Source: Laetmonice hystrix (Eukaryota). From it: DNA of 64,000 nucleotides. The notes under the pieces are model-generated. The model was not told the DNA's origin and did no database searches. It saw nothing but the letters and a program-made list of their open reading frames with translations. Below are positions 13,841 through 27,487 of this stretch, piece after piece. Positions within the stretch are counted from its first letter, which is position 1; each line of letters opens with the position of its first letter. The DNA is taken from contig OZ249436.1 in NCBI GenBank assembly GCA_965235115.1, positions 19,158,001-19,222,000 of the forward strand, read 5' to 3'. Position numbers and translations under genes: made by a program.

Positions 13841-14066
13841 CTGAAGGTTGGAATAAAATGGCAATTAAACAATTAGGTCACCGGCCTAAATACAAGTCAG
13901 GTTCGATCAATTCGCCGTCTTCCCGATTAAGAGTCCATGCGGAAAAAACGTGCTTAGAGTGCGAAAAATTCATTGTGATTTCAAAGAGGCCAGCTTGACA
14001 AAACGCAACCGTCCCTAAATGAAGTTAATATCGGGCGTTGTTTTTCCGCACATTCACTGCCGTAGT

Positions 14067-15621
14067 TTGTGTCATTATTCGGACGTCAACCATCCATATC
14101 GGCGGGTTGTGTCATTATTCGGACGTCAACCATCCATGTCGGCGGGTTGTGTCATTATTCGGACGTCAACCATCCATATCGGCGGGTTGTGTCATTATTC
14201 GGACGTCAACCATCCATGTCGGCGGGTTGTGTCATTATTCGGACGTCAACCATCCATGTCGGCGGGTTGTGTCATTATTCGGACGTCAACCATCCATGTC
14301 GGCGGGTTGTGTCATTATTAGGACGTCAACCATCCATGTCGGCGGGCTGTGTCATCATTCGGACGTCAACCATCCATGTCGGCGGGTTGTGTCATTATTC
14401 GGACGTCATCCATGTCGGCGGGTTGTGTCATTATTCGGACGTCATCCATGTCGGCGGGTTGTGTCATTATTCGGACGTCAACCATCCATGTCGGCGGGTT
14501 GTGTCATTATTCGGACGTCAACCATCCATGTCGGCGGGTTGTGTCATCATTCGGACGCCAACCATCCATCTCCGCGGGTTGTGTCATTATTCGGACGTCA
14601 ACCATCCATGTCGGCGGGTTGTTTCATTATTCGGACGTCAACCATCCATGTCGGCGGGTTGTGTCATTATTCGGACGTCAACCATCCATGTCGGCGGGTT
14701 GTTTCATTATTCGGACGTGAACCATCCATGTCGGCGGGTTGTTTCATTATTCGGACGTGAACCATCCATGTCGGCGGGTTGTGTCATTATTCGGACGTCA
14801 ACCATCCATATCGGCGGGTTGTGTCATTATTCGGACGTCAACCATCCATGTCGGCGGGTTGTGTCATTATTCGGACGTCAACCATCCATGTCGGCGGGTT
14901 GTGTCATTATTCGGACGTCAACCATCCATGTCGGCGGGTTGTGTCATTATTCGGACGTCAACCATCCCTGTCGGCGGGTTGTGTCATTATTCGGACGTCA
15001 ACCATCCATGTCGGCGGGTTGTTTCATTATTCGGACGTCAACCATCCATGTCGGCGGGTTGTGTCATTATTCGGACGTCAACCATCCATGTCGGCGGGTT
15101 GTTTCATTATTCGGACGTCAACCATCCATGTCGGCGGGTTGTTTCATTATTCGGACGTCAACCATCCATGTCGGCGGGTTGTGTCATTATTCGGACGTCA
15201 ACCATCCATGTCGGCGGGTTGTGTCATTATTCGGACGTCAACCATCCATGTCGGCGGGTTGTGTCATTATTCGGACGTCAACCATCCATGTCGGCGGGTT
15301 GTGTCATTATTCGGACGTCAACCATCCATCTCCGCGGGTTGTGTCATTATTCGGACGTGAACCATCCATGTCGGCGGGTTGTGTCATTATTCGGACGTCA
15401 ACCATCCATGTCGGCGGGTTGTGTCATTATTCGGACGTCAACCATCCATGTCGGCGGGTTGTGTCATTATTCGGACGTCAACCATCCATGTCGGCGGGTT
15501 GTGTCATCATTCGGACACCAACCATCCATGTCGGCGGGTTGTTTCATTATTCGGACGTCAACCATCCATGTCGGCGGGTTGTGTCATTATTCGGACGTCA
15601 ACCATCCATGTCGGCGGGTTA
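14067..15621. repeat. 40-bp minisatellite, ~39 copies
   Basis: TTGTGTCATTATTCGGACGTCAACCATCCATGTCGGCGGG; two 36-bp deletion units near 14400-14450. Confidence 0.98.
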
Positions 15622-15836
15622 TTATGGTGTCGTTCTGTAGGTTGGTCTATCAGGCAGGCCGAGGAGGTGGTGGGCGTGTCGTTATGTTTAGGGTGTCGGT
15701 ATAGGCCTAGGGTGGATGGGATGATGTCTGTTCAGGTCGAGCGAGGCTGACGGAGTTTGTTGTTTCGATCTGACTGGGCCGTACTGTCTGAATATTGTGT
15801 TTGAGTATTCCGGAGTCAGAGAGAAAGCTTAACTTT

Positions 15837-15994
15837 TGCATGAAGTATGGAACACAATGACAGAAGCGGTAGATTTGTATGAAGTATGAACACAATGACA
15901 GAAGCGGTAGATTTGTATGAAGTATGAACACAATGACAGAAGCGGTAGATTTGTATGAAGTATGGAACACAATGACAGAAGCGGTAGATTTGTA
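15837..15994. repeat. 38-39-bp tandem repeat x4
   Basis: TGAAGTATG(G)AACACAATGACAGAAGCGGTAGATTTGTA. Confidence 0.92.
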
Positions 15995-18289
15995 GTAATG
16001 AGAACCTTTGATGTGCCAGGCGTTATCAGAGCTTGAAAAACGTTATTCTGCCGACCAAACCGGTCGAGTTGGCAAGTATGGTATTTCGGTCGTGATGGAT
16101 TGGTTAATTTACAAACTTTTACCGATCCAACAGAAAGGTCACGGGACATTATGATGACACTGTCCCGTCAGATGTGAATCAGAGAGGACGAGGTCCAGAT
16201 GGGATGGTGTCCGTAAAAACACGACGTGCAGACCGGATGATGTCCGTAAAAACACGACGTGCAGATCGGATGGTAAAATACGACCGTTAATAATGAGTAA
16301 TGATCTTTTCCTCCATTACAAATGACCTCTGACGTGCCTCTGGAACAACTTTAAATGAGAAAGAGAAAAAAAACAAGTAAACAATGGTCTGAGTGATTGA
16401 CAGCCACCTTGCTTACGTCTCCGTCAAAATTCAGGCGTTCTTCCCAGAAAGACCCACTTCGGATTACGTAATAGGCTCAAAGATCGGAATCAGGGCTTGC
16501 CTTGGACCGAACCGAACTAGAACCTCGTAGAAAGTTCGTGGAAATGGTAGTTTTATTAAAAGTTTCTATGGAACTGTTGAATCCTTTCACACAGAGACGC
16601 AACATAATATTTTCCAGTTACCCAACTTTCAGAAGTAAATGTGTTACTGCTACACAGGCCTAACTGTTCTGAAACGAAGTGCTCCCTTCGATCCAGCACT
16701 GTAGCATTGTGATGAATACGATTGTGAAACCAGGTTTTTAACATCTCCATTCGGGAAACAGCGATTTGTATGTCATGCGATAATACCTTCTGTCTTCATG
16801 TAGACTCCACATAGGATCATGTAGCAATACGTTACGTTGCCATGGGAACAATTAGCTCGGTCTCATGTACAGTGAGGAAATAAATAAAGTGAATCCCGGC
16901 AGAACCATTGCCAACGTGTATTGTTTTCTACGCAGTAGGTTTGTAGGGGAAAGTGAAAATACATCATTTTACGCTTTTGATGGTGACATACTCAATCTTA
17001 GCTGAATGTCGCAAAATCCCAAGGTCATTTGCGATGAGGAATTACTAATTATCGAACAACCTTTTCATGATTTCACGATCGTTGGTGTTCCCTTCACTCC
17101 ATTCAATGTTTATCGAGTGGAATGTTAACGTTTAGACTCTGACTGGAATGGCCCAGCGTTATGATAATTCTCAGAGCTAGCCTGGGATGCCATCAACCTG
17201 ACGCTCAGGTGATGTGTTTTGTACACTGAGAGGGTTTGTTTACCGTGTGCCGTAAGATTAAAGGCGGGATGACACTTTGTTTCTGTCGGTTTTTAACCTC
17301 GCTCACAGCGTAGGTTTTGTATGCGATAGGACAGGGTGGGGCTGTCTGGAGCGGTGGGGGGAGGGGGGGGGGGGTGTTAGGAACCATTACCAGAATACTG
17401 GCTCTGCCACCTCCCTTCAAAGCCTCTCTGTCGACCGTCACCATTATGTATACTAATGTTTCACCGATCGGCGTGCTAGAACAGATAGCCTTTACAATCA
17501 CTCTAAAAAAAGAATTCGTAAAGGGGGGGGGGGGGACGCTGTTAGTGCCGCGTTCTTATGACGTAGCGTTCCCGCCATGAAGGAGCCATGGGTTGATATC
17601 GCACGGCCTCGAGCACAGGTATGGCGGCAGGCCGGGGGTGGGTGGGTGGACGTATACACCTGAACGGCGCCGCATCACTCCCTGCCGGGATGTGTGTGTA
17701 GGTATCACTCCGCGTCCAGGTCCGCTATAAAATAGTCCCCGGTACTCCGTATGTACGGACACCCGTACGGCGATGTTTGCGGCGAACCTGTGACAAGAAC
17801 ATGTCCCAGTTGTTGGCGATGCTTAATAGATCAAATCTGTATCAAACGAGAAAAGGCCCAAACAAACAGAGGCCTTTTAGTCGATTCTGTGCTCTGATAG
17901 TCGGCAGTCCTTCCGCCTAAGCAGACTTTGGGTGAATGACCTGGTCGTCGGGGCGTGGGGGGGGGGGGGGGGCTTGAAACGCCAACGTCATGGCAACGGC
18001 GGAGAATGAACTCTACAGAGGACCGACCACCTGGCTTCAGGAAGATCGGCGTGTCAATGACATCCGGGCTGCACACTGTCGCATCGAATTGCAAAAATGA
18101 TCAATTTAATTTCCAAGGAAAGCCAAGCTGCATCCTGGAAAACAACAAAAATATCTCGACTCCTGTATGTGACCTCTGCCCCCTCCTGCCGCCCACCCCG
18201 ACTTCACTGAGCTTAAACTCAATCAACAACTAATTCAAGTTCTCGCCAGAGTGTTCTGATATTTCTAATCTATATAAAATATGTCATCT

Positions 18290-18610
18290 ACACCCACAGA
18301 GGACCCTCCTGTCCGGGGAGAACTCCCCCATGCCCACAGAGGACGCTCCTGTTCGGGGAGAACTCCCTCCTGCATGCCCACAGAGGACGCTCCTGTCCGG
18401 GGAGAACTCCCCCAGCCACAGAGGACCCTCCTGTCCGGGGAGAACTCCCCCCCTGCCCACAGAGGACGCTCCTGTCCGGGGAGAACTGCCCCTGCCCACA
18501 GAGGACCCTCCTGTCCGGGGAGAACTCCCCCCAGCCACAGAGGACCCTCCTGTCCGGGGAGAACTCCTCCTGCCCATAGAGGACCCTCCTGTCCAGAGAG
18601 GACGCCCTCT
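18290..18610. repeat. ~39-42-bp minisatellite, ~8 copies
   Basis: CCCACAGAGGACCCTCCTGTCCGGGGAGAACTCCCC core with variable linker. Confidence 0.92.
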
Positions 18611-18850
18611 GTTCAAGAACTCCCTATCCGGGGATCTGTCCACGATTCCTATAAATCCCCCTGTTCAAGGAGTGTGTGAGCTCTGCGACCCGTCCACAGC
18701 GTTCGACGGCTGCGTCTCGCTACACCAGCGCCCCCTGTGTGTACCATCCCGCTGCTGTAAATCCTTGTTATATCGTATCAAAATATCTTCATAAGTCTAA
18801 ACCTAAACCTAACATAGACATTATATCCCTTAATTATAATATCTCATACC

Positions 18851-19380
18851 ACTTGGGGCCGAGTAATGAGCCCACCAAACTTTGGTCTGTAACTTGGGGC
18901 CGAGTGATTCATCCACTAAACTTTGGTCTGTAACTTGGGGCCGAGTGATTCATCCACTAAACTTTGGTCTGTAACTTGGGGCCGAGTAATGAGCCCACCA
19001 AACTTTGGTCTGTAATTTGGGGCCCGAGTAATTAATCCACCAAACTTTGGGCTGTAACTTGGGGCCGAGTAATGAATCCACCAAACTTTGGTCTGTAACT
19101 TGTGGCCGAGAAAGGAGCCCACCAAACTTTGGTCTGTAACTTGGGGCCGAGTAAGGAGCCCACTAAACTTTGGTCTGTAACTTGGGGCCGAGTGATTCAT
19201 CCACTAAACTTTGGTCTGTAACTTGGGGCCGAGTAAGGAGCCCACCAAACTTTGGTCTGTAACTTGGGGCCGAGTAAGGAGCCCACCAAACTTTGGTCTG
19301 TAACTTGGGGCCGAGTAAGGAGCCCACCAAACTTTGGTCTGTAACTTGGGGCCGAGTAAGGAGCCCACCTAACTTTGGCC
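18851..19380. repeat. 41-bp minisatellite, ~13 copies
   Basis: AACTTGGGG at 19220, 19261 and 19302. Confidence 0.96.
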
Positions 19381-20875
19381 ACCTACCGCGGCGGCCATGC
19401 CTTGAAGAAATATTGTATTTTATACTCACAGAACTTTAAAAAATCAGCCGTTTATATTTGATAGAAATACATAAAATGCATACGCAGCTCAAGCTATGCG
19501 CACTGCTTGATCATAACGGCTCCGTTTAACTTTGACTTCTGTTAATTATAACGACGGTCGTGAGGAGTGTGACCAGAAGTCTGCGCTGCATGCACGCCCG
19601 ACATCTGGAGGAGATTGGTAGAACTAAGATGGTACTAACACTTCTTTCATGACCAGTATCGACCCTCGGCTATCTATGATACGATTAGGTGAAGGGGGGG
19701 GGGGGGGGGTGCAGACCAGATACGTACGATACGAGAGATATTCATCCAGACTTGGACATCAAGAGAGGCCAGGCGGCATGCCCGAGTGAAAATCCCCCTG
19801 CGCCGGGGTCTATAGACACGAGTAGGCCTAGGCAGGCTACTTCTCCCTCTCCTGTCGTAGGCTGACCATCGACGGCTCAGATTCAAAAATAGATCATCGT
19901 ACAGTTTCCTTATACTAACCTTTAAATACCTACGGATAGCTTTACATAGCTGAGTCTGACTTCACCCAAACCACACTCGTCTCTACATGAGATGGCAGAG
20001 TCGGGAAGACATCGGAAGACATGTCGGTGGTGCCACCTGGTGGGTTAAAGGGAAACTTGTATTGTTTGGGTCCTGCGTCATTGGACACGATTAGTTAGTG
20101 AGCCTAGTGAACCTGTCAGCCTTACGACCGACCAACTCACCGGCATCCATTTATCACGGGCAACGTCTTCTTTTAGTTGTTTGACAAGTATTTTAAGGAT
20201 AAAACATCAAATTCCGAACTGTCGTACAGCTGCGGCTTCAGTTGCCTGTTTATGTCCCAGCATGCTTCTCTCTGACCTAGCAAGGTCCCCTGCTCCACGT
20301 ATGTCGTAACATAGCGGACGCGTCTGTTAGGTAGGGGTGCGTTCCTGTAAGGAAAGATGTCTTTGCGCAAAGAGTCTTTCAAAAGAGTCTTTTTGAAACA
20401 AGTGTTAAAGAATAGAGTGTTATAGAAACACCACGTCGCCGCGAAGACTCTTTGGGTTCAGCGAGGGTTTCAAAGAGTCTTTTGGGCTTTACAGAAACGC
20501 ACCCCAGGGTACCAGGCTACTCCGGAGGTCAAAATGGCCGCGATAGGCAGAGAGCGAAATTCATCGATTCCAGACTTTGTGCTGACCTTATTATATCTCG
20601 TCGTGCTTTCCAAACTTGGAAATAAGTGAGATAAGTTACTTTAAGCGTGTTTTTCAATATTCAGTCCAGATATATGGGCAGGGGAGGGGTTTTAATGGTG
20701 GTTGGATGATTTGACCGAACACACCAGGAACTTGCACTAAGTGGCGTCCGTCTCTGTATACGGTAGTGCAGAGACGGATACTCTGTCTATGGCAGATATA
20801 GAAGATGCCTATAATAAATGCCGACGCTGTCATAACCTACCACAGATAATAAACTGTGGATAATACAACACTTAC

Positions 20876-20928
20876 CACTCAGATAACCTCGCAGACTATC
20901 ATACCCATCCCCCTGGATCCTCGAGTAG
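20876..20928 (-). CDS. candidate 53-nt exon (YSRIQGDGYDSLRGYLS)
   Basis: Acceptor CTACCTGTGCAG, donor GTG|GTAAGT. The only open frame to this donor is phase 2>1, matching the phase-2 end of the 21617 exon. Confidence 0.55.
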
Positions 20929-21616
20929 CTGCACAGGTAGATCTATAGCCTACAAGGGGGAGGTATAGTTTGTATTCGGTTTAGAGAAAGTATATCAGAA
21001 CTCTAGAAACTATATGCACTATAACCTTAAGCTTCAAGACCGTGGGGAGGTCAGCCGTGTTACTTACACGATTTCAGGGTGCAACGCCGCGTTCCTGTCC
21101 GAGTTTAAAGATGCTATTCGTGAAAAAAAAATCAATTTTTTTATTTTTAATTTTGTTGACGTTTATGTGATCCCACCTATCATGGAAATAGATTCAAACC
21201 AAAGGAAATCAAAATTTTTCATGGATAACGGCACAAATGGGGCTCTCTCAGTTAGTAAGGCCTGTGGAGACCCTGACACGCCCCACCATAGGAAATGGCT
21301 CTATCTCGGTGCGCACCGAGATAGGTTTCAAATGCTGCACACAAACTAATAGAATGTTTATCAGGCCAATGGTATCGGTAGGAATTTTTTCTAGTACTAT
21401 GTGCACAATGTATGATAGGAGAAATGTCATTCTGTGCGAGACGAATAGCACCTTTAAGGACTTCTCCACATCACCTTCATCCATCACCCTGTGTCGGTTT
21501 GTGTGGAGGTGGATAAATTGGCCTAATCCACATCCCACAGGTATTTAATTGTATTAGCTGCCGACTGCGGGCCGTGACGCCAGCCTTTCGACAGGCTCGA
21601 AACACGCGCGTCTCAC

Positions 21617-21746
21617 AGCATTGCGAACAGTGGACGATCCCGGTCCACTCTGGCCCCAGATTCTGATTTCTCCGTAATCATCTCTGGTTCCAGCGACTCC
21701 TGGGGTAGCTTCCGTTGCGCTATTTTCAGCATGCTGGTTCCCTGTT
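21617..21746 (-). CDS. candidate exon (GTSMLKIAQRKLPQESLEPEMITEKSESGARVDRDRPLFAML)
   Basis: Pyrimidine tract followed by tandem acceptors AAG|AACAG| (21746, 21741); donor GCT|GTGAGA; open frame. Confidence 0.5.
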
Positions 21747-22909
21747 CTTCGTGGATCGCAAAGAGAACCAGTTGAAAGGGTAAATTAATGATCACCCCCC
21801 GGAACAATCGGAACACCGACGCTGCTTCTGATTGGTTGTTTCTAGGTCATATCCGGAGGCGAACCAGGCCTCGGATGTATGAAGCGGCCATTTCCCCAGG
21901 ATTTGCACAAAGTTGTGTGAAGCGACATCGCGCATGAATAGATGAGCAGTAAATAGTCGAATTTCCCCCTACGCACCTAGGCACATCTAATTTCTCAACA
22001 TACCTATCCTTCTCGAATTTTCTACCGTGCAGAAAAACAGTCTCTTCTTCACCTGGGAGGAAAACCAGATATTCTAACTCTGTAAAGTTCCACACAGGCT
22101 AAGTGGGAGTTCTCCATTTTCTGCACGGCGGCACCACGGAGTTTGTTGTTGTCTACATCCGGGCCATTGATCTCGACCTAGCCACCCACTCACCCCACCC
22201 CAACATGGCGACCTCCGTCGTACAGCCGAGATATGACGACTTCAGTCAGTCGACGGTGGGCCGAGTGACCTCGTCGGTACTCTCATGGTTGACATCGGCT
22301 TCCTTGCGATTCTTTAAGTTAAATTAAAAAATAAAAACTCACTAAAAGGTCTGACGCTGAAGCGGGGTTACATAAATGTTGGCAAAAGGATTAAATTATA
22401 AAAGATGTGACAGTCAGGGAGAAAATCAAAGGTCAAATAAGTCATAGCACCACACGAGTATCAAACGCTATGACTTGTACAGATTGGTAAACACCGATAT
22501 GCTAATAGTTTGACAAATATTATGAGACTAGTCTTTATCTTTACGTTACGCGGTAGGATAAACGTACAAGGCCGGTGTGTAATCTGCCATCGTAAACCTG
22601 GCGGCGAATATGGTAGTTCATCCGACTGGCGTTTAGTGGCGCTTCATCTGGTACATTGAAACTTAGGCATTGAAAACACGGACATGGCCCCAGAGGTTGC
22701 GGTAGCTTTCAACCGTCGGTGACCTTATGGAATCACACTATACGACAGGTGAAGGAGGTCGCTGAACCTTACAATCCCCACACGTCTCGTCTATTCTCAC
22801 CTGACCAATTGCCTGCCTACCTCCCACCTGAAGGTCAGTGCCCCTCTGATACCGAGAGTTAATGAGTCAAACTGACGTTTTCTGGGTTCTGTATGTACCC
22901 CCGCTACAA

Positions 22910-23560
22910 CCGCCCGTCTCCTGCCTGTCTCCGACCCGTCCCTCCGTCTCCCCCCGTCCCCCGTCCCCCCGTCTCCCCCCGTCTGTCTCCAACCCGTCCC
23001 CTGTCTCCCCCCGTCCCCCCCGCCTGTCTCCGGCCCGTCCCCCGACCGTCCTCGGCCCGTCCCCCCGTCTCCCCCCGCCCATCTCTGGCCCGTCTCCGAC
23101 CCGTCCCCCGTCTCCCCCTCCCCTCTCCGGCCCGTCTCCGACCCGTCCCCCCGTCTCCCCCCGCCCGTCTCCGACCCGTTCCCCCCGTCTCCCCCGCCCG
23201 TCTCCGACCCGTCCCCCCGTCTCCCCTCCCGTCTCCGACCCGTCCCCCGCCTGTCTCCGACCCGTCCCCCCGTCTCCGACCCGTCTCCGGCCCGTCTCCG
23301 GCCCGTCTCCGGCCCGTCTCCGACCCGTCCCCGGCCCGTCTCCGACCCGTCCCCCCGTCTCCCACCCGTCCCCGACCCTTGCCCCCGTCTCCCCCCCCCG
23401 TCTCCGACCCGTCCCCCGCCTGTCTCCGACCCGTCCCCCCGTCTCCCCCCCGTCTCCGACCCGTCTCCGGCCCGTCTCCGACCCGTCTCCGGCCCGTCTC
23501 CGACCCGTCCCCGGCCCGTCCCCGACCCGTCCCCCCGTCTCCCCCCTCCCGTCTCCGGGC
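22910..23560. repeat. C-rich degenerate short-unit repeat (CCGTCTCCGACCCGTCCCC)
   Basis: Direct inspection; the source of overlapping Pro/Gly-rich pseudo-ORFs on both strands. Confidence 0.93.
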
Positions 23561-25169
23561 CCACAGTCAGTGTCTGAGTGACTCAGCACCCACTCATTGC
23601 CAATGTCATCTCCCCGGCCAAGGATGTTTACAAAGACAGCTCACCATCCGCCAGACCGAAACCTTCACATTGATCAGGCCGCGTCCCCTCGCCCCTAATC
23701 TTATTGCTCTAACACGAGCGTGAGGTAAGATAGATGGGTAGGCTGGCTGATTAATTGCGTTTTACATCAGTAAGGTCAATGAGGAGATGAGCAGCCCGCC
23801 GTTTAAGAGCTCATTATCCGTACTTGACGTACGAGGGGAGATAGAGGTCTCCTAGTAGTGAGCAGTTCAAGTCGGAATGCAAATCCCGGGACAACTAATG
23901 ACAGAAAGTCGTCATTTATAGCGAGCGAGCTCGACTATCGCCACCGGAGAACACGCGGCCACTGCGCATGCTTCAAGTGTCGGTTTGTGTGTCGAGAACT
24001 TTAAATTTCTTTTGGAGTGAATTAAAACTAGATGCTAAACGAACAAACTCATACCGCATAATATGCCCCCCTACTCACCCTTCCACTTTTGACGATGTGT
24101 TTCACATCTAATAACTGATTGTTTAACACCAGTCACCATCGTTATGCATACATTCAAGCGTAATACTAAATGATTACAAACGTACCCGATTTCTTTTTGA
24201 TTATTTCTTTCATCATTTTAAATAGTATCGGCATTATTCTTAACAAATCGCGAGGAGCGGTCGCAAATCACAGTCAACCCACAAATCCAATATCAAGGGC
24301 GCCCTCTCGTATCGACGGCTCGAACTACTGATTGATGGCCAAAAGACGACCGATATCCTAATCAAACTATAGCAGCTCGCACTGGAGGAAAACTAACGCC
24401 ATCGTTAAATTAACTTACCGACACGGAATATAAATCCCAACTTTGGTATGATATCCTGAAAGGTGTATTTTCTAGGGAACGGGTTCAGTCCTATAGAGGA
24501 CATTCAGGTTCAAACAAACTGATATATTCTATCCCTAGTGCGTCTTACGCATCGGCTAAGGCCTTTGTCACATCCGTTTCCTACATTATTATAATCACCC
24601 TATATACAAATGTATACCCACGGAACCCGCGGGGGAACACTAACGTATATTGCGCTTAAAGCTATGCGTTGTCATTTCGAAACTTCAAAAGAAAACTGCA
24701 GTTATAAGAAGTATCACCAAAAAAAGAAGAGTCAAGTGACATTTTTGAAATATTCGACGCAAGACCGTGTGGCTCCTTGATGCGAGACACAGTTCTGGAT
24801 TTCCGTCCCTCCACCTCCCCTCGCTCCTCCCCCCTCCCTATCCCCATCCCGTCCCTCCCCCTCCCCTCGCTCCTTCCCCCTCCCTATCCCCATCCCGTCC
24901 CCCGCAACCTTCACCACAGAACATTTAAATAACGGCTCTACTTTTTTTTGGCTCCAGTTTTTGCCTAATCTGAGCGGTAATCTGACGGAATCTCACGTAT
25001 CACATGAATGGCGGAGTAATTTCCTTCGTTTTTCCGCCGTAAACCGCCTCAGGCTCAGTAAAAACGAGGCTGAGGTAGGAATCCTCTCCGTAATTACCTG
25101 GCTGGAAGCCATGGCGCATGCGTGCATGTTCTCACGACTGCTTGAAACTAAACTGTATTGATCCTTAAC

Positions 25170-25484
25170 GGGAGTTTTCGTTATAAGACAGAACTGGATG
25201 TTCGACAAGCATGCTGGCAATGCCCCTGGCGGGAGTTTTCGTTATAAGACAGAACTGGATGTTCAACAAGCATGCTGGCAATGCCCCTGGCGGGAGTTTT
25301 CGTTATAAGACAGAACTGGATGTTCGACAAGCATGCTGGCAATGCCCCTGGCGGGAGTTTTCGTTATAAGACAGAACTGGATGTTCGACAAGCATGCTGG
25401 CAATGCCCCTGGCGGGAGTTTTCGTTATAAGACAGAACTGGATGTTCGACAAGCATGCTGGCAATGCCCCTGGGGGGAGTTTTC
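25170..25484. repeat. 61-bp minisatellite, ~5 copies (first site)
   Basis: GGGAGTTTTCGTTATAAGACAGAACTGGATGTTCGACAAGCATGCTGGCAATGCCCCTGGC. Confidence 0.96.
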
Positions 25485-25534
25485 CATGTCACATAATTAT
25501 ATGCGACGTGTTTGAGATCGGCGACTTTTCACAG

Positions 25535-27487
25535 TCTGTACAGTCATGGCTGACATACTGAACCTATGTCTTATAATTGTCCTTACGTACCGTCTGTACA
25601 GTCATGGCTGACATATTGAACCTATGTCTTATAATTGTCCTTACCTACCGTCTGTACAGTCAAGGCTGACATATTGAACCTATGTCTTATAATTGTCCTT
25701 ACCTACCGTCTGTACAGTCATGGCTGACATACTGAACCTATGTCTTATAATTGTCCTTACGTACCATCTGTACAGTCATGGCTGACATATTGAACCTATG
25801 TCTTATAATTGTCCTTACGTACCGTCTGTACAGTCATGGCTGACATATTGAACCTATGTCTTATAATTGTCCTTACCTACCGTCTCTACAGTCATGGCTG
25901 ACATATTGAACCTATGTCTTATATTATTGTCCTTACCTACCGTCTGTACAGTCATGGCTGACATATTGAACCTATGTCTTATAATTGTCCTTACCTACCG
26001 TCTGTACAGTCATGGCTGACATATTGAACCTATGTCTTATAATTGTCCTTACGTACCGTCTGTACAGTCATGGCTGACATACTGAACCTATGTCTTATAT
26101 TATTGTCCTTACCTGCCGTCTGTACAGTCAAGGCTGACATATTGAACCTATGTCTTATATTATTGTCCTTACCTACCGTCTGTACAGTCATGGCTGACAT
26201 ATTGAACCTATGTGTTATAATTGTCCTTACCTGCCGTCTGTACAGTCATGGCTGACATATTGAGCCTATGTGTTATAATTGTCCTTACCTGCAGTCTGTA
26301 CAGTCATGGCTGACATATTGAACCTATGTGTTATAATTGTCCTTACCTACCGTCTGTACAGTCATGGCTGACATATTGAACCTATGTCTTATAATTGTCC
26401 TTACGTACCGTCTGTACAGTCATGGCTGACATATTGAACCTATGTGCTATAATTGTCCTTACCTACCGTCTGTACAGTCATGGCTGACATACTGAACCTA
26501 TGTCTTATAATTGTCCTTACCTACCGTCTGTACAGTCATGGCTGACATATTGAACTGATGTGTTATAATTGTCCTTACCTACCGTCTGTACTGTCATGGC
26601 TGACATATTGAACCTATGTCTTATAATTGTCCTTACCTACCGTCTCTACAGTCATGGCTGACATATTGAACCTATGTCTTATATTATTGTCCTTACCTAC
26701 CGTCTGTACAGTCATGGCTGACATATTGAACCTATGTCTTATAATTGTCCTTACCTACCGTCTGTACAGTCATGGCTGACATATTGAACCTATGTCTTAT
26801 AATTGTCCTTACGTACCGTCTGTACAGTCATGGCTGACATACTGAACCTATGTCTTATATTATTGTCCTTACCTGCCGTCTGTACAGTCATGGCTGACAT
26901 ATTGAACATATGTCTTATAACTGTCCTTACGTACCGTCTGTACAGTCATGGCTGACATATTGAACCTATGTCTTATAATTGTCCTTACGTACCGTCTGTA
27001 CAGTCATGGCTGACATATTGAACATATGTCTTATAACTGTCCTTACGTACCGTCTGTACAGTCATGGCTGACATATTGAACCTATGTCTTATAATTGTCC
27101 TTACGTACCGTCTGTACAGTCATGGCTGACATATTGAACCTATGTCTTATAATTGTCCTTACGTACCGTCTGTACAGTCATGGCTGACATATTGAACATA
27201 TGTCTTATAACTGTCCTTACGTACCGTCTGTACAGTCATGGCTGACATATTGAACCTATGTCTTATAATTGTCCTTACCTACCGTCTGTACAGTCATAGC
27301 TGACATATTGAACCTATGTCTTATAACTGTCCTTACGTACCGTCTGTACAGTCATGGCTGACATATTGAACTTATGTCTTATAATTGTCCTTACGTACCG
27401 TCTGTACAGTCATGGCTGACATATTGAACATATGTCTTATAACTGTCCTTACGTACCGTCTGTACAGTCATGGCTGACATATTGAAT
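25535..27487. repeat. 58/60-bp minisatellite, ~33 copies
   Basis: CTGTACAGTCATGGCTGACATATTGAACCTATGTCTTATAATTGTCCTTACCTACCGT; period 58 (25561, 25619). Confidence 0.98.

Noticed and set aside
14561-15340. 760-bp spacing of a rare variant in the 40-bp array, equal to the offset in the 58-bp array
   Set aside because: Neighbouring variants do not repeat at that offset in the 40-bp array; treated as coincidence.
14019-15750. Long + strand ORFs (up to 523 aa) in the 40-bp array
   Set aside because: The unit lacks stops in all three + frames and 40 is not a multiple of 3, so translation simply cycles through frames; this is a repeat artefact.
20046-20644. Possible further TTAA-flanked element
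   Set aside because: The two ends share only a few bases; the terminal inverted repeats are not convincing.
20905-20928. Alternative 24-nt exon LLEDPGGW, START-domain-like when joined to VMDEGDVEKSLK (~21456-21492)
   Set aside because: Relies on weaker donors and no further START-domain exons were found. The GTAAGT donor at 20876 gives a better-supported reading.
22797-23723. Pro- and Gly-rich ORFs on both strands
   Set aside because: Produced by the C-rich low-complexity repeat. The same applies to ORFs at 33.6-35.0, 36.1-36.8, 38.1-38.6, 45.0-45.4, 55.9-57.1 and 58.5-59.4 kb.
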